Of a DNA stretch of 64,000 nucleotides, positions 53,001 to 64,000 are shown piece by piece. Position 1 is the first letter of the stretch, and each line of letters begins with the position of its first letter. The notes under the pieces are model-generated. The model saw only the letters and a program-made list of their open reading frames with translations. It was not told where the DNA came from and did no database searches. The position numbers were made by a program, and so were the translations under genes. The DNA comes from Hyphochytrium catenoides (lineage: Eukaryota; Protista; Hyphochytriomycota): positions 1 to 64,000 of the forward strand of contig FLMG01000761.1 in the NCBI GenBank assembly GCA_900088475.1, read 5' to 3'.

Positions 53001-55146
53001 ATGACTGCCACGGGAGATGATAAAGTGGAGGATGCAGACAGTGTGGAATCCTGGGTATGGATTAAACCTCAAGAGGTAAACAGAATAGCAGCAATGAGTA
53101 GCTTGAGAGAATTCAGAAGCGTTGCAGGGATGCAATGGCGTACAAAGAACTAGGAAAGATAGAAAGGCCAACCTTAAGAACCTCCCTGAGTTCAGCCTGC
53201 AGTTTCTCCTTAGAAACAAGTCCTGAGCGGAGAACCTGTAGGGCCACTCGACCTCGACCACAGGGACCGACCGCTTCCTGACGGCCCATTTCAAGTAGCG
53301 CCCTGGCCTCAGGTCGGGGACCACGGCCTAAAGATGCATAACGGACGTGACGAAGACAATCGCAACGAGGTATTGGATAACAACTAGGGATCAGGGAAGG
53401 ACAGCAGCAGCATTGGATGATGGAGAACGAAACTGTTACCGAAATGGACCAGGAGGCAGCAAATGTCGTTAACAGTGTCCGTCCCTCTTTGTTCAAGGCC
53501 GCGGGCAAGCTCTAGAGCTTCTCCGAGTGCCCTCTGGCATCCAGGCAAATCATCGTTTTCTTCTAAAGAAAATGCGAGGCACACTAGGCATTGCAGCTTC
53601 CACTGAATGGATGGTGGAAGTCGATGTGATGTTAGAAAGTCATTGTAACGGGAGAAAATGCACACACCAGCGTGGACTGGGAATAAAGGAGAAGGGAAGA
53701 GCCGAGTGGGCAACTGAATTTGGAGCGGTAATGAAGGAATATACGAGTACTGGGACTGAGGTCTCTTAGATATTTCAACGAGGCAACTGTCCATCAAGCG
53801 GTAAGCATACTATAGAAGCTCCAAGTTCCAAGCTCTACCTCTTTGTTTGACGTGCTCGGAAGAACTGCAATAACCCTCGACAGCGTGGAAGTAAGGTGGC
53901 TGTCCGATGGTTAAAGGTTATGTTCCTTAGTCTTTGTCACGCGTGATTATGAAAGAGAAACTAATAGACATACCGGTAGCATCCCTCTTTCATCAGTGGA
54001 CGACCTATGTTCCAAAAATGTACTGCAGCATTGTGTAGCAGATAGGTACCAGTTTCCTGAATATCTGGGCGACAAGCGATCTCTACTGCTTGCGATATGA
54101 ACTACACAGGGTAAGATGAACAGACGTTTGATAAGAACTGGAAAGAAAATTGGAGGTGGACCGCTCTGTCAGCAACTTATGAGGCGCCCAGATAGACTTA
54201 GAAGCTTACAGTATCACAGCCTAGAAGTCAGAGACAAACATGCGGCAATCAGGAAAAGCAGTACAATGGTCACCAAGGCTAAACTAAGAAGTAGGCGACA
54301 GGCCAGAGGAAAGACATAACGCCCTGCCCAAAGCAGCAGGAGATGAAGAATTCGGGATGAAGAATAACAACGATAAAAAGTACCTGAAATGCAGATAGAA
54401 GCTGCATGACGGCTGCTCCTCCTCTCAAAGTCTGCGCTTTCTGGGCCTCCAAGTTTGCCCTGATAAAGAGTACCCGGCAGTAGTACTACAAGGTAAGAGG
54501 AGGTAGATCACGTACAGGTCAGAGGACTCTAACTAAGAGGTAGACAGTAGAAGGCGGAATGGCAAGGTCATAGGTCTGAAGGTACAGACAAGGAGACAGG
54601 AATAGAGTGAAAGAGACAGGTTAAGAGGCAGAGGGAGCGAACAAGCTCTAGGTCTCAGCGAGGGACACCAAAAGGAAGGTTATTTTTAAGGACCCCAGCG
54701 TGAACTTCCGACAATGAACTAGACCGGGGGAACCACGCCCGGGACAGCTATCGAAAGAGGATTAGCTCAAGGAGTGGCATGAATTTTTCGATTAGCACCT
54801 GATCTTGCCCCGGATTGTCCAAGAGGTATTCTGCCGCTGCCTTCTCTGCAATGTCCAGCTCTCCGGCAGCCATACCTGCCTCTCCCGCTAGGACAAGGAG
54901 CTCAGGACCTCGCAGAACCCACTGCTCAGGTCCTGAGGAGAAGGCCGCATTCCTGCACCTGCTTAGGGCCTTGAAGCGCTCCCTGAGGAGTTGATGGAGC
55001 TGGGCAAGGAGCTCCTCAGTGCTCGCGTTGGGGTCATCCCCTTCTTTGCTCTTGGCCTTCTTGCCAAAGCCCCTCTCATCTTTGAGCCACACTGCTCTTT
55101 CAGTAAGCTCCTTAAAATCCCTGTAGAACTGTTGTGCCACCGCCAT
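38004..55146 (-). CDS. CFAP46: Cilia- and flagella-associated protein 46 (TTC40), very intron-rich; exons not fully resolved
   Basis: Exon fragments PELLVLAGE...DQ|YYCRVLF, YLLHNAAVHFWNIGRPL, LRAQLHFELAKCEMAEDYL, LELKLNLYKDPESLEEQALLLVEQAK, WLVENAAIYIWNYH and LLLDPRIIELPVQVL...ISR|DFSVHMLHNR; ends KYNPILFGLP. Confidence 0.85.
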
Positions 55147-55367
55147 ACTTCTGCCAAACTGCGACAATCAGTTCCCCCTCCCTCACGTAGAGGCATACGC
55201 TGTGGTTACGTTGCCCACATACGGCGGACCTCTCTTAATCTCTCGCTTGGCGCTGTGCCCACTTGAGTCGTCCTTTCGTACTGCTCGTACCCTGGGTCTG
55301 TTATTGTCTCTACCTGCCAAAGGTGAGACCACGATGTACGACGACGCAGATGCGGGCTGAGTAAGCG

Positions 55368-58300
55368 CTACAACGTGCTATTGCCAAGAGGAGAAGAGCC
55401 GACCATCTGAGACGACCAGCGCCGCCAGCTCTCGGGGGACATCAAATATCGGGCGGAGGGAAGAAATGAGTTGAAGTGGGAGGAAGTATGAGACTGCTGT
55501 AGGGTGACAGAGAGAGGAGAGATAGGGAAAGGAAGTGCAACATAAGGCAATGTAAACAGACAGAGAGGAGAAAGAGGTGAGAAGAGTTTAGACAGAGAGC
55601 ACCAGAGTGACGCTTCGTATCAAGAGGATAGTGACATGCATCATATTCTTTGGTGGTAATGGTTATATATGGTAGCGATAATGAATGGCTTGTAATTGGG
55701 CCCACTCCCAAAAGGCGTGACCAGCGAGTGACCCGAGGGCGGAATACTCCTGGGTAGAAAGCTAGGTCCTGGGCCTTAGAGTGTAGCACCCACACGGCTA
55801 ATGTTCAGTATCAACGTGTCTTCAAGCGGACCTTGGATGACGCTTCTGATCTTCTGATCTCTGCCACCGGAAAGCCTGCCTTGCCCTGGTGGTTATATGC
55901 TGGGAGCTATGCTGGGGCAAAGGTCAAAGTGGACGAAGGAGGTGGAGGGAGATGAACGATTGAGCTGAGCTGATTGTCTTGATTAAAGCAGCTGGAAGAG
56001 TTGGATGGCAGCGCTCGTGCTGGTGAAGGCCTGGAACGGCTGCATTTAGTGGCCCAGCGGGCCGTCCCTGTCCTGGGCAACGTCAAGGAATGAGTGGAGA
56101 TTGCACTTCAACCCGGCGGGTATAGAGTTGATAAGGCTTATGAGGAGTGGTCTATGAGTCAGGGTAGACTACAAAGGGAGGCAATGCATGAAATGCGGGG
56201 CTTGTGGCAGGGAGGGAGGCTTTGGATTGAACAGCGTAAAATCTCTGTTCCTTCACGGCCAGTTAGTATGCCAGAAAAATAAGTCTCAGGACTCGGCCTC
56301 TCATTAAGGCTTTTTATGTCGTATTGCCAATGGCGAAGCTCCAGCCATTAGCACTTTGGAAAGACTTTCCTTATATTGCTTCACTCCTACAGGCTCGCTC
56401 TCCAAAGAATTTCCACCGCCCGGAGATGGCGTTCCCCTCTCTTTCTCAAGAGAGAGATTCTGGTAGCCTCCTCCAAAGTGTGCCGTTGAGCTCTCTTTCT
56501 CTTTGTTTGACGAAGGGCTGACGAGCCTTCTGCTGATAGTAGAGGAACAGGAGGCGGAAGGGAGGATAGGCTCCACGATGCGAGGTTTTAATGGTGAAGA
56601 GGGAGGAAGGGCATCCCTCGAAGGTCCCTCGATTGACAGAGCCTGAAGTGGGGTCATGCACTTAGACTCTTCACTTGGCTCAGTGGCGAGATCAATCACA
56701 AGTTTGGAGAATGAGATTGGACCACATGGCAAAATCTTACTGCAGGAGACTGAAAGAAGCAGCAACAACTATGACGAGAGGACTAGCTGATCTCAACGAG
56801 CCATTGGAGGAGAAGGGCGCAAACGCAAGCTGCCGAGTCTTGAAAGAAACTTGTCCATTTGAGATAGTTTACCTGGTTGCTCTTCACGTCTTTTTTATTC
56901 TTCTTCTTCCGCTGTCGATCCCGAATAGTGGTCTCTTGACTAATCTTTAGCTCCCTAAGCTTGGCTAGATGTTCATCTTGTTGTCGCTGGTAGAGAGACA
57001 TTCTTTGCTCCCTGGGAAGAAGGAGTCAGAAGGAAGGAAGGCAATAGAAGTAACACGTGAGAATGTGGTACCCTCAGTGAACCACGTACTCCCAGCCTCG
57101 ACTCAAAGGATCATAGGACTATAATCAGCAAATTGACGTATAAAAGAGGACAGGAGCTCACTATCTCAGGGACTTTGAATAACTTGGGAAAAGACAAAGA
57201 AAGTCGATGAGTCGTACTTAGATGCCTCCGATACGGCCAGCTTATAGTCATCTTCGGCTGCTCTACTCTTCCGTTCCTCTGATGCCCTCCTCCCCTGGCT
57301 CTGTATGTACTCTATTCGCTGCTTCAGCTCCTCCGTCATCTGCCGGTGCTTGCGCAGACGCAGCTTTTCTCTTCTTGCTGATCATACCGATAGAGAAGAG
57401 CGTCAAGAGAGTATCCGTCAGTCAGGGAAGCGAATGGCATTCGGCAAGTTACTTCGTCTTGCTGACTTGTTCACTCGTAAGCAAAGAATAGGCAGGAAAT
57501 CAAATGCCAAGGGGGTGAAGCTCAAGAAATGAAAGGAAATACGTACTCTCTTCTTTCTTCGTCATTGGGAAAATCAATTGCCAAGGGGGTGAAGCTCAAG
57601 AAATGAAAGAAAATACGTACTCTCTTCTTTCTTCGTCATTGGGGCAGCTTGTATTGGCTCGGCTGTAGGCATGAGAAACTCCTTCTCATAGATGTAGCCG
57701 CTGGACTGATCCAGCTCGGGATATTGGGAGATAGCCTCATAAGGAGAGAGGAAGTGAAAAGCTGAACGTGAAGTTTGCGGCGTTCTTTGCCCCTTCCATG
57801 CTGTTTCCCTATATTGCATAAGATAAAAGTCTCTAAGAGGATGGCGAGTAGCTCTATAGGGGGGAGGAGTCCCAAATGAAACAGTCTTAAAACAAAGTAG
57901 AGATTAAGCTTGCTGGTGCCTTAGAAGAAGCTTGAACTGCCAGAGACCCAAGCACAACGTCCATGAACAGGGGAAACCTGGTACCATGAAGAAAGATGCA
58001 AGAAATACAAGGGAACCTCTCTATAGCTTCCGTAAGTTCAAGAGACACCGCCTCCGCCAAAGTGTAAACGTCAATAGCGGGCGGCGCAGAGTCATTGCTG
58101 AGTGAGCTGACGGCTTTTCTCTGCCCAATAAGAATATTACTAGCCGCATTCTCCCTCTCTCGCCGGGAAAGAAGCTTCAGTGCCTTAAGTGCTTCGACCT
58201 CTCGTCGGGGATGCTAAGGAACACATCCGTGGGGAGAAAGGGAGAGGAGTTAGGCCAGCGATCAAGTCACCTCTTCAGCGTCACCTTTTTATCTCTTCCC

Positions 58301-58545
58301 TTCTTTGTGCCCTCTATCCCAATCTGTCAATACCCTCTTTATGGTTCTGATGTCTTCGGTATAACTAAATTCTACCTATAGCCCTCTTTCACTCTCAAGT
58401 CAGACGCTTGGTTCCCTACCCCATTGAAAGGAGCCTCCGAGTGCGAGTCAGGAAAGAATGGGATGGAGAGCCGCTCATCGAGGCCCAACAGGTAAGCAAA
58501 CGGAATCGTATCATCAAACTCCTCCTCCCATTGCTCTGAGATCAT
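55368..58545 (-). CDS. Hypothetical multi-exon protein (charged coiled-coil plus Ser/Pro-rich region); both ends uncertain
   Basis: Phase-compatible exons ...APMTKKEE|TRREKLRLRKHRQMTEELKQRIEY...EASK|EQRMSLYQRQQDEHLAKLRELK; no recognisable domain. Confidence 0.45.
57497..57643. repeat. Tandem duplication with 74-bp period spanning a splice donor
   Basis: aaatcaa(a/t)tgccaagggggtgaagctcaagaaatgaaag(g/a)aaatacgtactctcttctttcttcgtcattggg, two copies. Confidence 0.93.
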
Positions 58546-59555
58546 CCTCTTAGATGCGATGTAGGTCAGAATACGCCAGCAATAGGGAACTGCAAGTGAG
58601 AGATGTTCCTAGAGCATCCTGATGGGGCTGACGCTTCATCCCTTAGGGTCTTCACCGCATCGCTCAGGCGGCGCGTTCGAACCCTCACCTAACATCATCT
58701 GCTCTCCACTTGCTTCTTTTGAGAGATCCTAGATCGTTGTATACAGCTGGAGGAGGTCGGACCTCAGCTCGATGGAGCGAGACAGAGGCGACATCGATGG
58801 AAGCGGCTTGGAAAAGAGAGAAAGAGGAGAGAGGACGAGCGGCAATGCAGGGACGGAAGGGAAGCTGGTGTAGAGCGGAGCACTGACATGCTCCGTTTAG
58901 TCGCATTTTGATTGTTTCTCCCCAAAGCTGAAGGGCTACACAATGCTTCTAGCTAGTCCTAAACAATAGCTATGTTATTTACTAACAGATGTACCTATCC
59001 ATCTATTGGAGTAGAGGGCTGTCCAGTCCAAAGATTGTACGTTCCAAAAGACACATTATGTTGTAACGCCGTAGGAGCCGCTAGCGGCCCCTCGACTGAC
59101 CTTGACACGAAGGAAAGATTGCACTTCACCACCAGAGGTGGCATCGTTGTAACCATGACGCGACAGTGTCGGCCGAGGGCATCTATTCGTGGAGAAGAGA
59201 GAGACGAGAGACTGGAAAGAGTGGTGCAATGTAGGCGTGAGGCTGTTAGCAGAGAGCACTGGCTTCTTCCAGCGGTCACTACAGGCCAAGTAGAGGCTAG
59301 GCTTCTTGAAGAAACAAGCGATTCTCCAGGTGGTGGTAGGTGGTGGGGTGACGGAGGATGAGGACTGGCCCGTGGCTTTGACTCGTAGAAGAGCAAACCT
59401 CCTAATAGTAACTCTGACGCCTCTTCTCTGTGGATTTCCTGTAAGCCTCTGGTCCTACCTCCCTGCCTCCCCTTAAAGATCTCTAGTACTCAGCCTCTGT
59501 TGCGGCTGAGATCATGTTCGAATATAATGGAGTGGGGGACCCAGCAGGAATCAGC

Positions 59556-60803
59556 TTAACAGGCCTTAAGCTTCGTCAACTTGTGTCTGCTGTTAGTATG
59601 TCTTAGCACCGCCCTTGGGAACTGCCTAGAGATTGGAGCGACGACATCGTCCGGCCTGCCATCCAAGATGTTAAGAATCTGCTGTAATGCCGCAGAATCA
59701 GTCGGGATGGCTGTATGCTCACAGTCGATATAGTAGCACCGATTCGGGTGCAGCTCCTCACATTTGCCGCCCATGTTCTGGCTTAACATGGGGACCGTAC
59801 CGTCCCCCTGCAGGTAGTTGTGGGCGCGGAAAGACACCACATGGCCCTTGTCGTCAAGCACTTCCGTCATAAAGTGCAGTGTGCTCACATTGTACCCTAC
59901 GAAGTAGTACACGTCTACGTCTTTTAATGTCTCTGTTGGCTTGAGCTCAGCTATGAACCGCTCGCCCTTCCCTAACAGAGCGTGGTTCGCCCACTCCCTC
60001 GAGCGGAGAAAGGCCATAGACTCCTTATAGCTGGTCAACACATGTAAGCCCTCTTCCTCGTCGTCCTCGTCAGACCAGTCTGCTTCGTAGCTGAGTAGCC
60101 TAGAGCACCAATGAGCCTTCTCCTGTGCTCTCTGGGGACGGGTTACTATATAGTGATCATCCACCATCTCAAAGTAGTCATGATTGGGGAAGCACTGGTA
60201 GGCTGCGGGCCAGTTCCTCATGAGTTTCTGAAGCACTGGAGCGCCAACATAGTCAAATGGTTTCCCACAAATCTCCCCAGTCTCTGCAAGGAACAGGTTC
60301 CTTGGTGTGCCAAAGAAAGGGGTAGCGATAGAAACAAATTTGTCCACCTTATGTTTCTGGGTCTGGAGGTACTTCGTGGCAACCAGTCCACCTATACAAA
60401 GAGCAACTATCGAGACTTTTGGAACCCCCAGACCATCTATGAATGGAACCAACTGCGTTTCCGCTGTCACGCTGAAGTCTTGTCTGAAGTCGTAGGGAAA
60501 GACATGGACATGTCGCCCTGAAGCTTTAATGGCCTTAACGATAGGACTGAAGTAGTCAAAAGGCGCTTCCATCAATACCCCAAGAGGCTGTAAGTCATGC
60601 AGAGGCCTTCCGTCGGCGTCAGAAGAAAGCATATTCATGCACTGGAAAAGGTTGAGGAAGTCAGGGATCCAGGCGTTCCTAAACACCCCTTTCTTATCCT
60701 TGCCACCCAGTCTTGTGCCCATAGCGCCAGGTATAAAAATAACATGCTCGTTCACAGAGCCCGGGGGTCGAATGGGCAGAGATAGCTCTTTGGGTTTCAT
60801 CAT
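59556..60803 (-). CDS. LCAT/lysosomal-PLA2-like alpha/beta hydrolase (415 aa, intronless) with Cys at the nucleophile position
   Basis: VIFIPGAMGTRL, FPYDFRQD, nucleophile elbow VSIVALCIGG, FVSIATPFFGTP, GDGTVP (Asp) and CEH (His). Confidence 0.85.
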   Translation of the reverse strand: MMKPKELSLPIRPPGSVNEHVIFIPGAMGTRLGGKDKKGVFRNAWIPDFLNLFQCMNMLSSDADGRPLHDLQPLGVLMEAPFDYFSPIVKAIKASGRHVHVFPYDFRQDFSVTAETQLVPFIDGLGVPKVSIVALCIGGLVATKYLQTQKHKVDKFVSIATPFFGTPRNLFLAETGEICGKPFDYVGAPVLQKLMRNWPAAYQCFPNHDYFEMVDDHYIVTRPQRAQEKAHWCSRLLSYEADWSDEDDEEEGLHVLTSYKESMAFLRSREWANHALLGKGERFIAELKPTETLKDVDVYYFVGYNVSTLHFMTEVLDDKGHVVSFRAHNYLQGDGTVPMLSQNMGGKCEELHPNRCYYIDCEHTAIPTDSAALQQILNILDGRPDDVVAPISRQFPRAVLRHTNSRHKLTKLKAC

Positions 60804-61658
60804 GTTTCTTCTTTAAAGGAAGGCGAACGGAGCAAGGGTCACCACGACTAGCCGTCTGCAATACGCAATCGCCGTCTTAATGTCTTGGTAGCAGAGCGAA
60901 CAGTGCTCGACGGCCCGGCAACAGTTCTCATACAGAGGTTAGGCTGCCGCTATCGACTCCTGGATGAGAAGCCAAATAACTCCTTACTGATAGCCACAAT
61001 AGAAGGTGACGAGGAAGGCTGCCACTGAGGACTCAGCAGGCACCGAAGATGAGCATCAAAAGGCACCAAGAGCACAGGATGACCGTGACGGGTGAGGATG
61101 ATGACGACGAAACAAGCAACAGCAGGAGACAGGGGAGCTGGGCAGAGGAGGAGCTCACACTTTATCAGAATCAGAAAGGAGGAAACTAGGGGCCAAAAGT
61201 CCAGATTCTCTCCAATGCCCCATGACACATTTCGTCCGAACGGCCCCATGTGGCTGATCTTATTTGTCATAACGTCCAGTATTTAATACATATTCATAAT
61301 AAAGGTAGGGAAGTATTGTTTATGCGGAATAGCAGTCCAAACCTTTCAAAGTTGTGGCGACGGCGTTTCCCAGTAGGGCAGAATAGGCGTTACCGGCTAG
61401 CGGCGCGAATGGTGATCAGAACCCAGCCTGGGCAATGCTTCAAGGAGTCGAGAGGATGCGGAACGGATGAAGAGACAGGATGGGAAAGAGACATCAAGGG
61501 AGCTTGACGGCAGAGCAGAGACACAAAGGCGGAACTCTTGCACCGACAAGCTGGTAGCACGGCATACCCTTAAGCAAGGCAAAGCGCCGACAGCGTGAAG
61601 TAGGAGAACGGGGAGCTGTGACTACGACGACTAGCGGCCGTTGCTCGTCGGAACAATA

Positions 61659-63897
61659 ATGGAGGAAGAAGACAATGCTCCTCCAGCTATTCAATTGAAG
61701 GATGAGGTCTTTGATCTGGACTTCCATCCAGTTCACGATGTGGTAGCTGCTGGCCTGGTTACCGGCGGAGTGCAGCTGTAAGCGAAATGTCTTAACATGC
61801 GGAACACGACCCTTGAACTTAGCCCTCTTGCTAACTGCAGTTACAAATACTCTAAAGACGGCACCGATCTGGTCCTCGACATTAAGAGTCATGCAAGCTC
61901 AGTTAGATCAATCCTATTCGCTCCCGACGGCAATGGTGAGTTCGTATCATAATCCTTATGGCTGATTGACCTACTTCCTGACATTTCTGCAGCCCTCTAC
62001 TCAGCATCTTCTGACAAGTCACTTCGAGCATATGGTACCACAGGGCAGGAGATGTGGACCGCTGCTGACGCCCATTCGTAAGCCTAACTCCTTACCTGTT
62101 TGGACCTGAGTTTCGACTCTAACGGCTCCGTTGTTTTACCATCCATTGGTTTGGCGACTGTGTAACCTCGGGTCCAGTTGCGCAGTGAACTGCATGTACT
62201 CCGTGGATCAAAATATTCTTGCAAGCGGAGATGATGAAGGAAATCTTAAGGTATATATAAACACAGCGACCAACACCATTGCTCCTGACGCATGTTCCCG
62301 CCACCGAGAGTATACCGGGCCTCTTTCTACCCCATCTATGGCTAATCGGCAATCTATCGTCGCGGCATCTCGCCGCATCTCTTCACTAGCGGCTTTCGTT
62401 CCTGGAACCCTTATCCACCATTCATCTCTAATACTTTCTCCTCTACTGACACTCCGGTAGATCTGGGATTTAAGGGCTCAGCGGGTCGTGAAGTCCTACA
62501 AAGAAAGCGAGGTGCGCCTTGACAGACAAACACTGCATTTTGTAGGCAGTCCTTGGCTACGTTCAGCTGTGTCTATCTCCTGATCTGTGAACAAGCTGTG
62601 CAGGATTGCTTAAATATACTTTCTACTTCCAATGTTGCCACATTCGCAACTTCTAACACCTTGTGTACCCACTTAGGACTTTATCTCTTCAATCACCAGT
62701 AATCCAGCTAACACACATCTGGTCGCCGGGAGGTTGGTCATCTCTTGGTCTCGCAAGCTCTTGTCACATACCATTTTTCCTATGGAAATCTTTATTTCTA
62801 CTCGATGAGTTGCCGTTCCTCAGCTCCGCCCTCGCTTTCTGCTTGCTCGTTGCTGCTTTACTGTCCATCTCTAACGGCAAGTTTCTCCCTTTTCCGTCCC
62901 TTCGCCTCTGATCCATCTACCCGCTTGTTCTTGACCTTTACCTCTCTGCGCGGGTTATGTCCTCCGCCGCTTATGGGCCGCAGTGGAGATGGACGCTTGA
63001 CAGTCTTTGATATGGCTACCGGCACATTATGGGGCAAGAGTGATGATATGGAGGATGAGCTTCTGTCCGTCGTCGTGATCAAGGTAGCTGGTTATGAAAA
63101 ATCTCCGGTGTCAAGCCTATCTACATCTGGACGAGTTGATTTTGGACCTCTCCGTTCACTGTTATTTCTAGTATTTAGAGCGTTCTAGTACTCTTTACTT
63201 ATGTGCCATATAGATGATCCTCATTAGTCCTGCTTTCTCTGCACGTGCTAGAATGGTAAGAAGGTTGTTTGCGGAAGTCAAGACGGGGTGCTGATGATTT
63301 GGAGCTGGGGAACGTGGGGAGACATCTCCGACCGGTACCCTGGTGAGTGAAAGGGCGCAATAAGCTACTCCCCTTTTATCTGGAAGAGGCATATCCTCGC
63401 AAGCCATTCTGTGTTTATAGGCATGTGCTCGCTTGTTTGATACCGTTTTTACTTCGTCCTTCCTTCCTCTCAGTCTATGGTAGTTGCGACATTACTTAAC
63501 TACCCGATGTAGGCCATCCGGAGTCAATCGACACGGTCTTGGCCATTGATGAAGACACCATCTGCACCGGGTCAAGTGATGGCATTATTAGGTAGGAAGT
63601 GGCAGCAAACGCTGCGAGATTGGATTATACTTTGAATGGGCCCTGAGATATCTGAGAGTTAATTCCTCAAGAGACAGTTAGAGTGAGGGTGTACTCATGA
63701 GTCTTATCTCCATGACCACCCTAGGATTGTGAACATCCACCCGAATAAGCTGGTAGGACTGGTAGGAGATCATGAGAACTTCCCTGTAGAGCGAATGAAG
63801 GTAAGTATGGCACTACAGGGATAGCTCCTTGGTGATTGCAGTCATGCTAAAACGATACAGCTCAGCTTGTCACTCCTTCTAATAATTACATCATCTT

Positions 63898-63934
<37 letters not shown>

Positions 63935-64000
63935 GTGTCTCTCTCTGTCTGTCTCTCTCTCTTTTTTCTTTCCTTCTAGTGGTCCAGAGATAAGAGCCTC
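61659..64000 (+). CDS. WDR55: WD40-repeat protein WDR55/JIP5 (ribosome biogenesis), multi-exon, runs off the end of the window
   Basis: Spliced exons VFDLDFHPVHDVVAAGLVTG, LASGDDEGNLKIWDLR, SDDMEDELLSVVVIKNGKKVVCGSQDGVL, WGDISDRYPGHPESID, TGSSDGIIRIVNIHPNKLVGLVGDHENFPVERM. Confidence 0.92.

Noticed and set aside
57888-57921. Possible very short GC-AG intron in the hypothetical gene
   Set aside because: An in-phase GT donor slightly upstream explains the junction equally well; cannot be decided without RNA data.
58620-58690. GTTCGAACCC B-box-like motif suggesting a tRNA
   Set aside because: No cloverleaf, A box or acceptor stem could be formed.
58972-59396. Overlapping 129-aa (+) and 133-aa (-) ORFs
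   Set aside because: No motifs; they lie in the likely 3' UTR or intergenic zone of the LCAT-like gene.
1-64000. CRISPR arrays, rRNA genes, intact transposase or reverse-transcriptase ORFs, prokaryotic operons
   Set aside because: None seen; the window is spliced eukaryotic genes and simple repeats.

Overview
Eukaryotic, intron-rich nuclear DNA, most likely from a flagellated stramenopile. This is inferred from the eEF2 diphthamide loop [13 protein letters not shown], a FYVE-GAF protein and the central-pair gene CFAP46. I reconstructed about 13 protein-coding genes by hand from GT-AG junctions: a small mitochondrial-type single-TM protein, PIG-Z, eEF2, a ubiquitin-like/4TM protein, a SAP30(Sin3-binding)-PHD fusion, a tesmin/LIN54-like CXC protein with a C-terminal F-box-like motif, FYVE-GAF, an SCP2-domain protein, mitochondrial bL9, CFAP46, a hypothetical protein, an LCAT-like hydrolase and WDR55. 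Most entries in the ORF track are artefacts of (AG)n/(CT)n microsatellites or antisense frames. The best leads are: (1) an intronless LCAT-family hydrolase with Cys in place of the nucleophile Ser; (2) a head-to-head pair of a SAP30-PHD fusion and a LIN54-like/F-box gene, with clustered E2F/CHR motifs between them; (3) a three-way-junction RNA-like structure upstream of bL9m; (4) two tandem duplications that each copy a splice donor. No database searches were run; family calls come from motif recognition.
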